64,000 nt of DNA from Alphaproteobacteria bacterium. Lineage in GTDB: Bacteria > Pseudomonadota > Alphaproteobacteria > MPNO01 > UBA830. Both the position numbers and the translations under genes were made by a program. Of this stretch, positions 9,165 through 17,926 are shown piece by piece (within the stretch, counting starts at the first letter, position 1; each line of letters starts with the position of its first letter). The notes below the pieces were generated by a model. The model ran no database searches. It saw only the letters and a list, made by a program, of their open reading frames with translations, and was not told the origin of the DNA. The stretch is from assembly GCA_038146925.1 (NCBI GenBank), contig JAYQSP010000009.1:4265-68264 (forward strand). Direction: 5' to 3'.

Positions 9165-9532
9165 CCGGAACGCTCTGACACGGGAGCGTCCGGGGAGAAG
9201 ACTCAGTCCTGGAGGTTCGTTGTCTCCTTCGGGATGCGTCCGCCTTCGAGACAGTCGGCAAGGGTATGCAACAACATGGCCCCGCCAAACAATTGCCGGT
9301 TGTCCGTATCGCCAGTATCAAGAACTTGACCGGTCCATCAATTGAACTGGCCGTAGTCAGGATACGTTTGTGCGTGGCCGGCGAGATCGGGGAAGTGGAA
9401 GTAAATCTTTCCAGTCGTTCGGAATTCAACAATCGTTTGCTGGTTGGCCGTACCTTTTTATCTGACCGCATCCTGGTCGATTCCAGCCGGACGAGAATGC
9501 ACCCCGGTAAATGCAGGACCACCCCCAAGTGA
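9165..9532 (+). pseudogene. Frameshifted/truncated retropepsin-like RimK/LysX-associated protease
   Basis: C-terminal VVRIRLCVAG....EVNL..R..F...LLVGR.FL...LVD.S in ORF 9266-9532; a DTGAS motif lies at 9177-9191 in a different frame. Confidence 0.5.
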
Positions 9533-9822
9533 GCAGCGGCGAGGTCGATGAAAGCCAGGTCGATCTCGATATCGACACGATCGGCCATCTGCGGGAAATT
9601 GCGTGGAAGCGGTCCCCCGCCAATGTCCAAGCGCTGATCGACCGGCTTCAGGCTCAGATTTACACGATCAAGATGCCAAAGCGGCGACGACGACTCGATC
9701 GGGCGCTGATCGACTACTATGAAGAAGTGCTTGAAGCCCGGGAGGATTCCGCAGGCCCCGCGCGCGAGCGTTTGTCGCCGCTGGAGTACGCCCGTCAGAT
9801 CATCAAGGGAATCGAGGACTGA
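9529..9822 (+). CDS. Hypothetical protein
   Basis: GTG start overlaps upstream TGA (GTGA); coding-like codon usage; 97 aa, helical. Confidence 0.6.
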   Translation: MSSGEVDESQVDLDIDTIGHLREIAWKRSPANVQALIDRLQAQIYTIKMPKRRRRLDRALIDYYEEVLEAREDSAGPARERLSPLEYARQIIKGIED

Positions 9823-9861
9823 GTTTGGCGGAGTGGTCTGGCTGGCGATCCCGGATTTCGT

Positions 9862-10461
9862 TCAAGGCCTGACCATCGCGTAGTTGAAAACTTTCTTCAC
9901 GCCGTCGCCCTCTTCGAGCTTGGCGATCGCTTTCTTCAGTTCTTCGCGCGACCGGGCCCGGCCCATCAGGTACAGATTGCCGTAGGGGTCGCCGGTCACC
10001 CGGAAGTTGACGTCGGCGACGCCGGCGGTACCGATCAGACGCGCGCCCGCCTTGGTTTCGAAGGCCAGCACGTCTTTCCAGTCCATCATGCGACCGTCCT
10101 TGATCGCTTCTTCCTTGGCTTCGTCGGTCATGTAGGCAACGTGCCAGTACAGGTTCTTGACGCCCTCGACCTCGCGGACGCCGGTTTCGAATTTCTTGTA
10201 AGTCTCGGCGTCGGAAAACAGGCCGGTCACAAGCAGCCGCTGTTCGTATATCTCCGTCGATGCCTTGATCGTGCCGAGATCCGCCATGACCTTGTTCACG
10301 TCGATCACGATCGCGTTGTCGCGGGCGATGTCCGACGACGACCGCGCTTCGATCGCCCGGTCGATCAGTTTTTTGGGACCGAGCAGAATATCGGATAGCT
10401 GGGCAGATGCCGGCGTAGCGGCAAATACCCCGGCGAGAAGAACGAATACAACACGACGCAT
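9862..10461 (-). CDS. BON domain periplasmic/lipoprotein-like protein (two BON domains)
   Basis: Signal peptide MRRVVFVLLAG; LLVTG...GVREVEGVKNLY and VNFRV....GNLYLMGRA..E...A......GDGVKKVFN. Confidence 0.75.
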   Translation of the reverse strand: MRRVVFVLLAGVFAATPASAQLSDILLGPKKLIDRAIEARSSSDIARDNAIVIDVNKVMADLGTIKASTEIYEQRLLVTGLFSDAETYKKFETGVREVEGVKNLYWHVAYMTDEAKEEAIKDGRMMDWKDVLAFETKAGARLIGTAGVADVNFRVTGDPYGNLYLMGRARSREELKKAIAKLEEGDGVKKVFNYAMVRP

Positions 10462-10530
10462 GACGGAAACTCCGAACTTATTGATTACCGAGACCAATAT
10501 CGGGTCGAAATGGGGCGATTTAAAGGCAAT

Positions 10531-11292
10531 TCATCGAATGCCGGTATCGATCCGCGGCAGGATGTCGGTATTTGCGCGCGCGACGTCTTGGGGAAAATCG
10601 ATCTCTACCCACGGAATCCCTGTTACGTCCTCGAACCCGATCCGGGCCGGATCCCGCAGGATGGCATCCCGGATGACCTCTTCGTAGGGTGCGTCGCGGT
10701 CGCCACGATCGATATATGCCTGCGCGCCCTCGATCAGTTCTCTGCACAGCCCAGGCGACCATTTGAAGAACCCGACGGATTCGCCGCACCAGTCGAACGG
10801 CGTCTCCACGATCTTGCGGAAATCCACCACCGTATTTTCGTCCGACACGCAGATTTTAACGGGTTCGTCCCCTTCCTCGAAATCGCGGTCGACCAGCAGG
10901 CAGTTCGGATGGCCCGAATTTGCAAGCCGCGCCAGCATCCGGGGGTCGTACAACACGTCCGCGTCCATCAGAATCACCGGACCGGACGCCGCCGCCATCC
11001 AGTCGCCCATGACGGCAAGCGTGAGCACGCTGCCCTCGGTGAAATCGGGATTGAAAACGTAGCTTATATCGCCGGGAAAAAGGACTTTTTCAGCCGCTGC
11101 CTCGATCTCCGGGGCACGATAACCGACCCCGATACTGACATCCCGGACCCCGATCCGCGCGAGATTTTCGAGATGCCGCGCAAGCAGCGTTTTTCCGCCG
11201 AAGTCAAGCAGCGCCTTGGGCGGTTTATCGTCCATGTCGCCGAGCCGGTTGCCGACGCCGGCCGCCAGGATACAGGCCGAGTTCGCCGTCAT
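10531..11292 (-). CDS. Phosphocholine/phosphonate cytidylyltransferase family nucleotidyltransferase (LicC/PntC-like)
   Basis: ILAAGVGNRL, PKALL, MDADVLYD, GESVGFFK, WVEIDFPQD; start refined to MTANS. Confidence 0.85.
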   Translation of the reverse strand: MTANSACILAAGVGNRLGDMDDKPPKALLDFGGKTLLARHLENLARIGVRDVSIGVGYRAPEIEAAAEKVLFPGDISYVFNPDFTEGSVLTLAVMGDWMAAASGPVILMDADVLYDPRMLARLANSGHPNCLLVDRDFEEGDEPVKICVSDENTVVDFRKIVETPFDWCGESVGFFKWSPGLCRELIEGAQAYIDRGDRDAPYEEVIRDAILRDPARIGFEDVTGIPWVEIDFPQDVARANTDILPRIDTGIR

Positions 11293-11389
11293 GACCCGGC
11301 ATCCCCACCGGAGACGGCGGGGAAATCCGCATTCCGTAAATTCACTGTGAAGTACTCCGCATCGGTCATTGCACGTCACTCTGACGCGC

Positions 11390-11407
11390 CTTACATAAAC
11401 CTGTAAC
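11390..11407 (+). promoter_or_regulatory. Pho-box-like direct repeat upstream of hpnM
   Basis: CTTACAT-AAAC-CTGTAAC, 7-4-7 with 11-bp period. Confidence 0.5.
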
Positions 11408-11464
11408 ACAAAGTGCGCTGTATTTGCGGTTGGCGTCTTTGCGTCTCATGACGGGAGAAACGGG

Positions 11465-12115
11465 TTGGTATCGAATTCGATCTGGAGACTGCGCCGCGGC
11501 GCGGCAGTACTCGGGTTTGCGCTGTGCTTTTTCGCGACCGGGGTAACGGCGCAGACAGCGCCGCCTGCCGATCCCGGACGCCCCCAGGCCATCATCGCCG
11601 GTTTCAACGAATCTCTGCTGGGCGCCATGAAGAATGCCGATACGCTTGGCTTCCCGGGCCGGTGGAAAGCCCTGGCGCCGCCATTGACGCAGGTTTTTCA
11701 TCTGCCCGTCATGACGCGGATCGCGGTCGGGACGCACTGGCGCAAATTGACTCCCGAACAGCAGGACCGTCTGGTCGACAGCTTCAGCCGCCTGACGATC
11801 GCCACCTATGCCAACCGGTTCGACGGCTGGTCGGGCGAAAGCTTCGAAATGCGCGGCATGGAAAATGTCCGCGACAAAACGGTGCTGGTCAAAACCGCGA
11901 TTATCCGGCCTAACGACGAGCCCGTGGAAATCAATTATCTGATGCGCCGGTTCGAGACCGGGTGGCGGGTAATCGATGTGTTCCTCAAACGGTCCTACTC
12001 GGAGCTGGCCACCAAACGATCGGAATATTCCAGCGTCCTGCGGCGCCATGGCTTCGACACGCTGATCCGCCAGATCGAGGAGAAGATAACCCAGTACGCC
12101 GCCGGCACGGGCTGA
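11465..12115 (+). CDS. hpnM: HpnM / Ttg2D (MlaC)-like periplasmic lipid-binding protein
   Basis: Signal peptide; F....M.RIAVG..WRKLTPEQQ..L...F....ATYA.RF, W.VIDV.....SELA..RSEY; GGGAGA RBS before TTG. Confidence 0.8.
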   Translation: MVSNSIWRLRRGAAVLGFALCFFATGVTAQTAPPADPGRPQAIIAGFNESLLGAMKNADTLGFPGRWKALAPPLTQVFHLPVMTRIAVGTHWRKLTPEQQDRLVDSFSRLTIATYANRFDGWSGESFEMRGMENVRDKTVLVKTAIIRPNDEPVEINYLMRRFETGWRVIDVFLKRSYSELATKRSEYSSVLRRHGFDTLIRQIEEKITQYAAGTG

Positions 12116-12116
12116 T

Positions 12117-12773
12117 ATGGGCAATCCCCTGACAAAAGCGTTCGCCGTCTGCGCGGCATTGTTCGCGCTCGCGGTCGCCGACACACGGTCCGCGGCGGCC
12201 GCCGGCAACGTCGTGCGCCTCGACCCGGAGAAGGCTTCACACCTGTTGAGCCTTGCGCGCATCGACGGGCGTCCGTTAACGCCGGATCTGCTTCATGGCC
12301 GCGCGGTGATCGTGTCGTTCTTCGCCAGCTGGTGTCCGCCCTGCAACACGGAATTCGAGCATCTAAACCTGCTGAACGTCACGCACGCGGCGAAAGGGCT
12401 GACCATCGTCGCGGTCAACCAGTTCGAGGATTTCACGGGGTTCGGCGACGACGGTAAGCGGCTGAACCGGTTTCTCGACCGACACCAGCCGGTCTTCTCC
12501 ATGGTCAAAGGCACCGATGAGACGGCGAAACTGTTCGGCGACGTTAAACGCATCCCGACGGTGTTCGTATTCGACCGGTCGGGTGGCGCCCGGCTCCATT
12601 TCATCCATGCAGAAGGCGCCGTGAAAACCAATCCCGGCATGGACGAGCTGCAAAAGGCGGTACGCGATGCGCTGGGCGTCAGCGCGGCCGGCACCTTCCC
12701 GTTGTTGCCCGAGTCGCCGGATTCTGTAACAAAGCCGTCACATTTCACCAAACTGGCAAAAGGCCGCTCCTGA
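12117..12773 (+). CDS. TlpA family thiol-disulfide oxidoreductase
   Basis: Signal/anchor peptide, [10 protein letters not shown] (CxxC), [10 protein letters not shown]. Confidence 0.85.
   Translation: MGNPLTKAFAVCAALFALAVADTRSAAAAGNVVRLDPEKASHLLSLARIDGRPLTPDLLHGRAVIVSFFASWCPPCNTEFEHLNLLNVTHAAKGLTIVAVNQFEDFTGFGDDGKRLNRFLDRHQPVFSMVKGTDETAKLFGDVKRIPTVFVFDRSGGARLHFIHAEGAVKTNPGMDELQKAVRDALGVSAAGTFPLLPESPDSVTKPSHFTKLAKGRS
12724..12741 (+). promoter_or_regulatory. Pho-box-like direct repeat upstream of pepM
   Basis: CTGTAAC-AAAG-CCGTCAC, within the AT-richer 3' tail of the tlpA-like ORF. Confidence 0.45.
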
Positions 12774-14443
12774 TGGCGACGAATGTCGAAACCGGCGCGA
12801 TGCCGGGCAAACCCGGTTCCGCGCTCAGCAAATCCGCCCGGCTGCGTGCATTGCTGGAGGGCCCCGAACTTGGCTTTCTGATGGAGGCGCATGACGGCCT
12901 GTCGGCAAAGATTGCGGAAGAAGCCGGCTTCGAAGCCATCTGGGCGTCCGGGCTTTCGATGTCCGCCGCGCTGGGCGTGCGCGATTCCAACGAGGCCTCG
13001 TGGACCCAGGTGCTGGAAGTTCTGGAATTCATGGCCGATGCGACCGGCATCCCGATCCTGATGGACGGCGACACCGGTTACGGCAATTTCAACAATGTCC
13101 GCCGGCTGGTGATGAAGCTCTGCCAGCGCGGCATCGCCGGCGCCTGCATCGAGGACAAGCTGTTCCCGAAGACCAATTCCTTTATCGGCGACGGCCAGCC
13201 GCTGGCCGACATGGAGGAATTCTGCGGCAAGATCAAGGCCGGCAAGGACAGCCAGACCGATCCCGGCTTCGTGCTCGTCGCCCGGGTCGAGGCGCTGATT
13301 TCCGGCTGGGGACTGGACGAAGCGCTGAAGCGCGCCCACGCCTACCGGGACGCCGGCGCCGACGCCGTGCTGATCCATTCGAAGCAGTCCAGCGCCAACG
13401 AGATCATGTCCTTCATGCGCGAATGGGACGATTCCTGCCCCGTCGTGATCGTGCCGACCACCTATTACGGGACGCCGACCGACCAGTTCCGCGCCGCCGG
13501 GGTCAACGCCGTGATCTGGGCCAATCATTCGGTCCGAGCCTCCATCAGCGCCATGCGCGAAGCCGCCCGTAAGATTCACGACGAAGAAAGCGTCGTCGAC
13601 CTGGAAGACCGGATCGCCACCGTGAAGGATATCTTCCAGCTTGCCGGAAACGACGAGCTGAAAGACGCCGAAGACCGTTACCTGCCCACCGACGACGACG
13701 CGCCGCGCGGCATCGTGCTGGCCGCCACCCGCGGCAGCGCGCTGGGACCGCTGACCGAGGACAAGCCGAAATGCATGGTGGAAATTCAGGGCCAGCCCCT
13801 GCTCCGTCGCCTGACCCGGTCGCTGCGACAGTCGGGCGTGCGCGACGTCGCCGTCGTGCGCGGCTATGCCAAGGACGCCGTCGACCTGCCGAACCTGACC
13901 TATATCGACAACGACGCGTTTGAGACCACGGGCGAAGCCGCGTCGCTCGCCACGGCGATCGACCGGCTCACCGGCGACACCGTCATCGCCTATGGCGACA
14001 TTCTGTTCCGCCGCTACATTCTGGACGCGCTGGTCGAGACCGAAGGCGATATCGTGCTCGCCGTCGACGGCATGTGGCGCGAACGCACCGACCGGTCGGA
14101 AAATTCGGGCCGCGACCTGGTGCGCTGTTCCCGCCCCTTCAGCCCCAGCTTCATCGAGGACGATCCGGTCCTGTTCGAAGGCATCGTCGCGGATGCGAAC
14201 GATGCCGACGACTGCACCGGCGAATGGATCGGTATTGCGCGGCTCAGCAAGAAGGGCGCCGAACTGGTCCGCAAAGAACTCGAAGCCATGAAAAGCGACG
14301 GTACGCTGGAAACCGCCGACCTCGCCACCCTGTTCGCAAGGCTGGCCGATGCCGGTAACGCACCGCACGTGCATTACGTCGCCGGCCACTGGCTTGACGT
14401 AAACGACGCCTTCGATCTCGCCCGCGCGCGGGATTTTTTGTAG
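12773..14443 (+). CDS. pepM: Phosphoenolpyruvate mutase fused to C-terminal nucleotidyltransferase domain
   Basis: Diagnostic [10 protein letters not shown] (EDKxxxxxNS), [16 protein letters not shown]; C-terminal LAATRGSAL...KPKCM, YGDILF, WLDVND. Confidence 0.96.
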   Translation: MATNVETGAMPGKPGSALSKSARLRALLEGPELGFLMEAHDGLSAKIAEEAGFEAIWASGLSMSAALGVRDSNEASWTQVLEVLEFMADATGIPILMDGDTGYGNFNNVRRLVMKLCQRGIAGACIEDKLFPKTNSFIGDGQPLADMEEFCGKIKAGKDSQTDPGFVLVARVEALISGWGLDEALKRAHAYRDAGADAVLIHSKQSSANEIMSFMREWDDSCPVVIVPTTYYGTPTDQFRAAGVNAVIWANHSVRASISAMREAARKIHDEESVVDLEDRIATVKDIFQLAGNDELKDAEDRYLPTDDDAPRGIVLAATRGSALGPLTEDKPKCMVEIQGQPLLRRLTRSLRQSGVRDVAVVRGYAKDAVDLPNLTYIDNDAFETTGEAASLATAIDRLTGDTVIAYGDILFRRYILDALVETEGDIVLAVDGMWRERTDRSENSGRDLVRCSRPFSPSFIEDDPVLFEGIVADANDADDCTGEWIGIARLSKKGAELVRKELEAMKSDGTLETADLATLFARLADAGNAPHVHYVAGHWLDVNDAFDLARARDFL

Positions 14444-14457
14444 ACTCCTTCCCGTTC

Positions 14458-14530
14458 GTCATCCCCGCGCAGGCGGGGATCTCTCTGAATACAGAATCCT
14501 CCACAAGATTCCCGCCTGCGCGGGAATGAT
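14458..14530. repeat. REP-like inverted doublet, family A
   Basis: GTCATCCCCGCGCAGGCGGGGATCT (14458-14482) and inverted AGATTCCCGCCTGCGCGGGAATGAT (14506-14530). Confidence 0.85.
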
Positions 14531-14566
14531 GGACAAAACAGCGCGACAATCACCAGAGCCCTCACC

Positions 14567-15703
14567 ATGATCAACGCCGACGATTTCCTCTCTCCCGCCC
14601 GCGACGCCGGATACGATTTCTACACCGGTGTGCCGTGTTCGTTCCTGACAGAGATCATCAACCGGGTCATTTCGGATACGTCGCTGGACTATGTCGGCGC
14701 GGCGAGCGAGGGCGAAGCGGTAGCCATCGCATCGGGCGCCTGGCTGGCGGGACGCAAAACCGTGGTCATGTGTCAGAATTCCGGTCTCGGCAACACGGTC
14801 AATCCGCTGACGTCGCTGAACCACCCGTTCAGGATCCCCACCATGATGATCGTCACCTGGCGTGGCCAGCCCGGCATCACGGACGAACCGCAACACGAAC
14901 TGATGGGCCCGATCACCCCGGATTTGCTGGACACCATGCATATTCCGCACAGCGTATTCCCCCAGTCGGAAGACGAGATAGCGGACGCGCTGGCAGCGGC
15001 GCAGGCGAAAATGGACGAAACCGACCTGCCCTTTGCCTTTGTCATGCCGAAAGGCTCCGTCGCACCGGAGAAACTGGACGAAGCCGCCCGCGCATTGCCG
15101 CCGCGCGGCACGCTGACGGATTACACGGAAGGCGGCGAGCGTCCGACGCGCTACCGGACGCTGGAACGCCACCTGGCGCTGGTGCCGGACACCGCGGCGG
15201 TAATCGCGTCCACGGGCAAGTCCGGACGCGAGCTGTTCACCCTCGACGACCGCGACCAGCATCTCTACCAGGTCGGCTCCATGGGCTGCGCCAGCGGCAT
15301 GGCGCTCGGCGTGGCGCTGAATTCGGACCGCAAGGTCGTCGCGCTGGACGGCGACGGCGCCGTGCTGATGAAAATGGGCGCGCTGGCGACCGTCGGCGCC
15401 TATCAGCCGGATAACCTGATCCACATCGTCCTCGACAACGGCGTCCACGATTCCACGGGCGGCCAGTCCACCGTCTCCGCCTCGGTCGAATTCGCCGAGA
15501 TCGCCATTTCGTCCGGCTACGCGACAGCGGCGAAATGCGACAGCCTCGACGGGTTCGAAAAGGCCTATTCGGCGGCGCTGTCGGCAGACGGCCCGCACCT
15601 GATCCATATGCGCATCCAGCCGGGCTCGCTGAAGGAACTCGGCCGGCCGACGGTGAAGCCGCCGGAAGTAGCCCGGCGGTTCAAGGCGTTTCTGGCGGGG
15701 TAA
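14567..15703 (+). CDS. ppd: Phosphonopyruvate decarboxylase
   Basis: FYTGVPCSFL, EGEAVAIASGAWL, MCQNSGLGN.VNPL.SL, DEPQH, GSMGCAS, ThDP motif DGDGAVLMKMG..NG.HDSTGGQ. Confidence 0.95.
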   Translation: MINADDFLSPARDAGYDFYTGVPCSFLTEIINRVISDTSLDYVGAASEGEAVAIASGAWLAGRKTVVMCQNSGLGNTVNPLTSLNHPFRIPTMMIVTWRGQPGITDEPQHELMGPITPDLLDTMHIPHSVFPQSEDEIADALAAAQAKMDETDLPFAFVMPKGSVAPEKLDEAARALPPRGTLTDYTEGGERPTRYRTLERHLALVPDTAAVIASTGKSGRELFTLDDRDQHLYQVGSMGCASGMALGVALNSDRKVVALDGDGAVLMKMGALATVGAYQPDNLIHIVLDNGVHDSTGGQSTVSASVEFAEIAISSGYATAAKCDSLDGFEKAYSAALSADGPHLIHMRIQPGSLKELGRPTVKPPEVARRFKAFLAG

Positions 15704-15717
15704 CAGACAAGAATGAG

Positions 15718-15808
15718 CCCCTCCCCCTTTTAGGGGGAGGGCTAGGGAGAGGATTAAATAAGCTTGTCTCCCCCTCTCCCTAGCCCTCTCCCCGGAGGGG
15801 CGAGGGGA
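15718..15808. repeat. GC-rich nested palindrome, family B
   Basis: GAGGGCTAGGGAGAGG (15737-15752) perfectly inverted at 15773-15788, plus hairpin CCCTCCCCCT-TTT-AGGGGGAGGG. Confidence 0.75.
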
Positions 15809-15883
15809 TATTCAGTGCCGTCGTCCCGCATTGACTCCCCTGCCCGTTGGCGCAAGAAACACGGCACAAAAGGGAGACATCCG

Positions 15884-16639
15884 ATGGCCGACATCACGCT
15901 TTACTGCTTTCCGCAATCGACCTGCAGCCAGAAGGTGCGCCTTGCGCTGTGGGAAAAGGGCATTCCGTTCGAGGAAAAGCATGTCGATCACAAGAACCGC
16001 GAACACCTCAGCGACTGGTACCTAAAGCTCAACCCCAACGGCGTGGTGCCGACCCTGACCGACGGCGACGACGTGATCATCGATTCCTCGGTCATTCTGG
16101 AATATCTGGAAGACGTCTATCCCGAACATGAAATGTCGCCGAAGGACTTCGTGAAGCGCGCCCACATGCGGAAATGGCTGCGCTATCTGGAAGAGGTCCC
16201 GACCCCGGCGATCCGCGTGCCGTCCTTCAACAAGCATCTCGCGAAGCGCTACGAGAACATGGAGGACGACGCCTATCAGGCGATGGCCGAGGCGCATCCC
16301 GTCCGCAAGCATTTCTACCAGCGCATGAACAAGACCGGCTTCAGCGCGGAAGAAACGGCGGAATCCCTCGACCGCTTGGACAGCGCCGCACAACGGGTGG
16401 CCGAAGCGCTCGACGGCCACGGCAAGGACTGGATCATGGGCGACATGCTGACCATCGTCGATGCCGCCTACATGCCGACCGTCGACCGCATGATCGATCT
16501 CGGCCTGAACGACATGATCGACAGCCGCCCGGCGCTCAAGGCCTGGTACGACCGCTACGCGGCCCGAGACGCTTTTTCTAAGACGTTCTACGAAGGCGCG
16601 CGGTTGACCGATATCTTCGGCAAGGATGCGGCGGCGTGA
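15884..16639 (+). CDS. Glutathione S-transferase family protein
   Basis: STCSQKVRLAL.EK, YLKLNPNGVVPTL, DSSVILEYLED; GGGAG RBS before MADIT. Confidence 0.92.
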   Translation: MADITLYCFPQSTCSQKVRLALWEKGIPFEEKHVDHKNREHLSDWYLKLNPNGVVPTLTDGDDVIIDSSVILEYLEDVYPEHEMSPKDFVKRAHMRKWLRYLEEVPTPAIRVPSFNKHLAKRYENMEDDAYQAMAEAHPVRKHFYQRMNKTGFSAEETAESLDRLDSAAQRVAEALDGHGKDWIMGDMLTIVDAAYMPTVDRMIDLGLNDMIDSRPALKAWYDRYAARDAFSKTFYEGARLTDIFGKDAAA

Positions 16640-16650
16640 CACCGGCCAAA

Positions 16651-16768
16651 AGATCCCCGCCTGCGCGGGGATGACAGTTTAAGTTAAGTTCCGTCATTCC
16701 CGCGCAGGCGGGAATCTTCTTGCCACCGAAACAGACACGTAGACCCTCGGATCAAGTCCGAGGGCGAC
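16651..16768. repeat. REP-like cluster: family A doublet plus family C palindrome
   Basis: AGATCCCCGCCTGCGCGGGGATGAC (16651-16675), GTCATTCCCGCGCAGGCGGGAATCT (16693-16717), GACCCTCGGATCAAGTCCGAGGGCGAC (16742-16768). Confidence 0.85.
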
Positions 16769-16801
16769 AGTCTTCTTGTTTGATCCGACGAAACAACAAT
16801 C

Positions 16802-17797
16802 TCAGTCCAGCCGCCCGTGCGTGGGCGCGAACAGATCGTCGACCGGGATGATCTCCGGGATGAAATTCTGCTGGTGCATGTATTTGACGAACGCCTCCAG
16901 CGTCGGCCGGTTCTCGTCAACGCCGTAGGGCCACGGGTCGCCGCCGAACACCTCGTCGATTTCGCGCAGGTCGTCGAACAGCCAGGGCAGCATGTACTTC
17001 TGCGCGCCGGAGAAATACATCGCCTCCTGCGCCCAGTCCTTGGCCGCCAGGAACGCCTTGTACAGGCTCTGCGCCACCCATTTGTGCCGGGCGTATATGT
17101 CTTTGCGGATCACCACCGTGTGCATGATCGGGTGAATGCGGTGCTCCTTGTAGTATCTCTTTTCTTCCTCGCGGAAATCGGGAAAAAGGTAGCCGACCTT
17201 GTCCGGATCGGTGCGCACGGAATCCGGCATGCGCGAACCCAGCACGGCGTCGATGTCCCCGTCCCGCAGCATTTCCGACAGGGACTTGTCGGACGTGTTC
17301 GGCGTGATTTCCACCGGTTTCAGAAGCTGCGGCGGCGCGGGCGGATCGCCGTGGCTGCCGGCCTTTTCCATCGCGCCCTGGATCCACTGCACGTCCGACA
17401 GGTCGACGCCGTAGATGTTTTCCAGATCCCCGCGGATCCAGATCGCCGCCGTCTGGGTATAGAGCGGCGTGCCGATCCGCTTGCCCGCCAGGTCCTTGGG
17501 TTCTTTGATACCGGCCTTCTTGTTGACGCAGATGAAGGCGTGGCGGAATGCCTTTGACGGGAACACCGGAATGGCGATGAAAGGGCTGATGTCCTTTGCC
17601 GTCATGGTGACGTATTCGGCCAGCGACATTTCCGACAGGTCGAATTCCTGGGCGCCGACCATGCGGTCGAAGATTTCGCGCGGCGCCTGAATTTCGAGAA
17701 AGTTCAGATCGATGCCCTCGACGTCGATCAGCCCGTAATTCAGCGCCTCCATGCGGTCATACGGCCCGCAGGCGAAAGTAAGCGGCAGTTTGGACAT
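16802..17797 (-). CDS. 4,5-dihydroxyphthalate decarboxylase-like protein (periplasmic-binding-protein fold)
   Basis: LTFACGPYDR..AL..G, FD.SEMSL..Y, PVFPS..FRH, TAAIWIRG.L, IHPIMH.VVIR, DPWPYGV..NR. Confidence 0.8.
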   Translation of the reverse strand: MSKLPLTFACGPYDRMEALNYGLIDVEGIDLNFLEIQAPREIFDRMVGAQEFDLSEMSLAEYVTMTAKDISPFIAIPVFPSKAFRHAFICVNKKAGIKEPKDLAGKRIGTPLYTQTAAIWIRGDLENIYGVDLSDVQWIQGAMEKAGSHGDPPAPPQLLKPVEITPNTSDKSLSEMLRDGDIDAVLGSRMPDSVRTDPDKVGYLFPDFREEEKRYYKEHRIHPIMHTVVIRKDIYARHKWVAQSLYKAFLAAKDWAQEAMYFSGAQKYMLPWLFDDLREIDEVFGGDPWPYGVDENRPTLEAFVKYMHQQNFIPEIIPVDDLFAPTHGRLD

Positions 17798-17926
17798 CGG
17801 TTTCCCCTTCTATGTTCCAGCGGCGTGGTGCGTGGACCCGTTTTACGTGCCGCTATAGCTATCACAGGCGCCTGCAGGGGGAAATCATGACACGAACCTG
17901 CGCGGCCCGGATACGGCGCCGGACCT

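Noticed and set aside
9106-9630. 174-aa minus-strand ORF
   Set aside because: Overlaps two better-supported plus-strand frames and has no recognisable motif
12293-14389. 698-aa minus-strand ORF, and similar long antisense ORFs (e.g. 40084-42501, 18164-19546, 14459-15607, 52935-54146)
   Set aside because: Shadow frames of well-supported genes in high-GC DNA; no recognisable motifs
14458-16768. CRISPR array
   Set aside because: Repeats occur as isolated inverted doublets at gene ends, not as regularly spaced direct repeats with unique spacers; no cas genes
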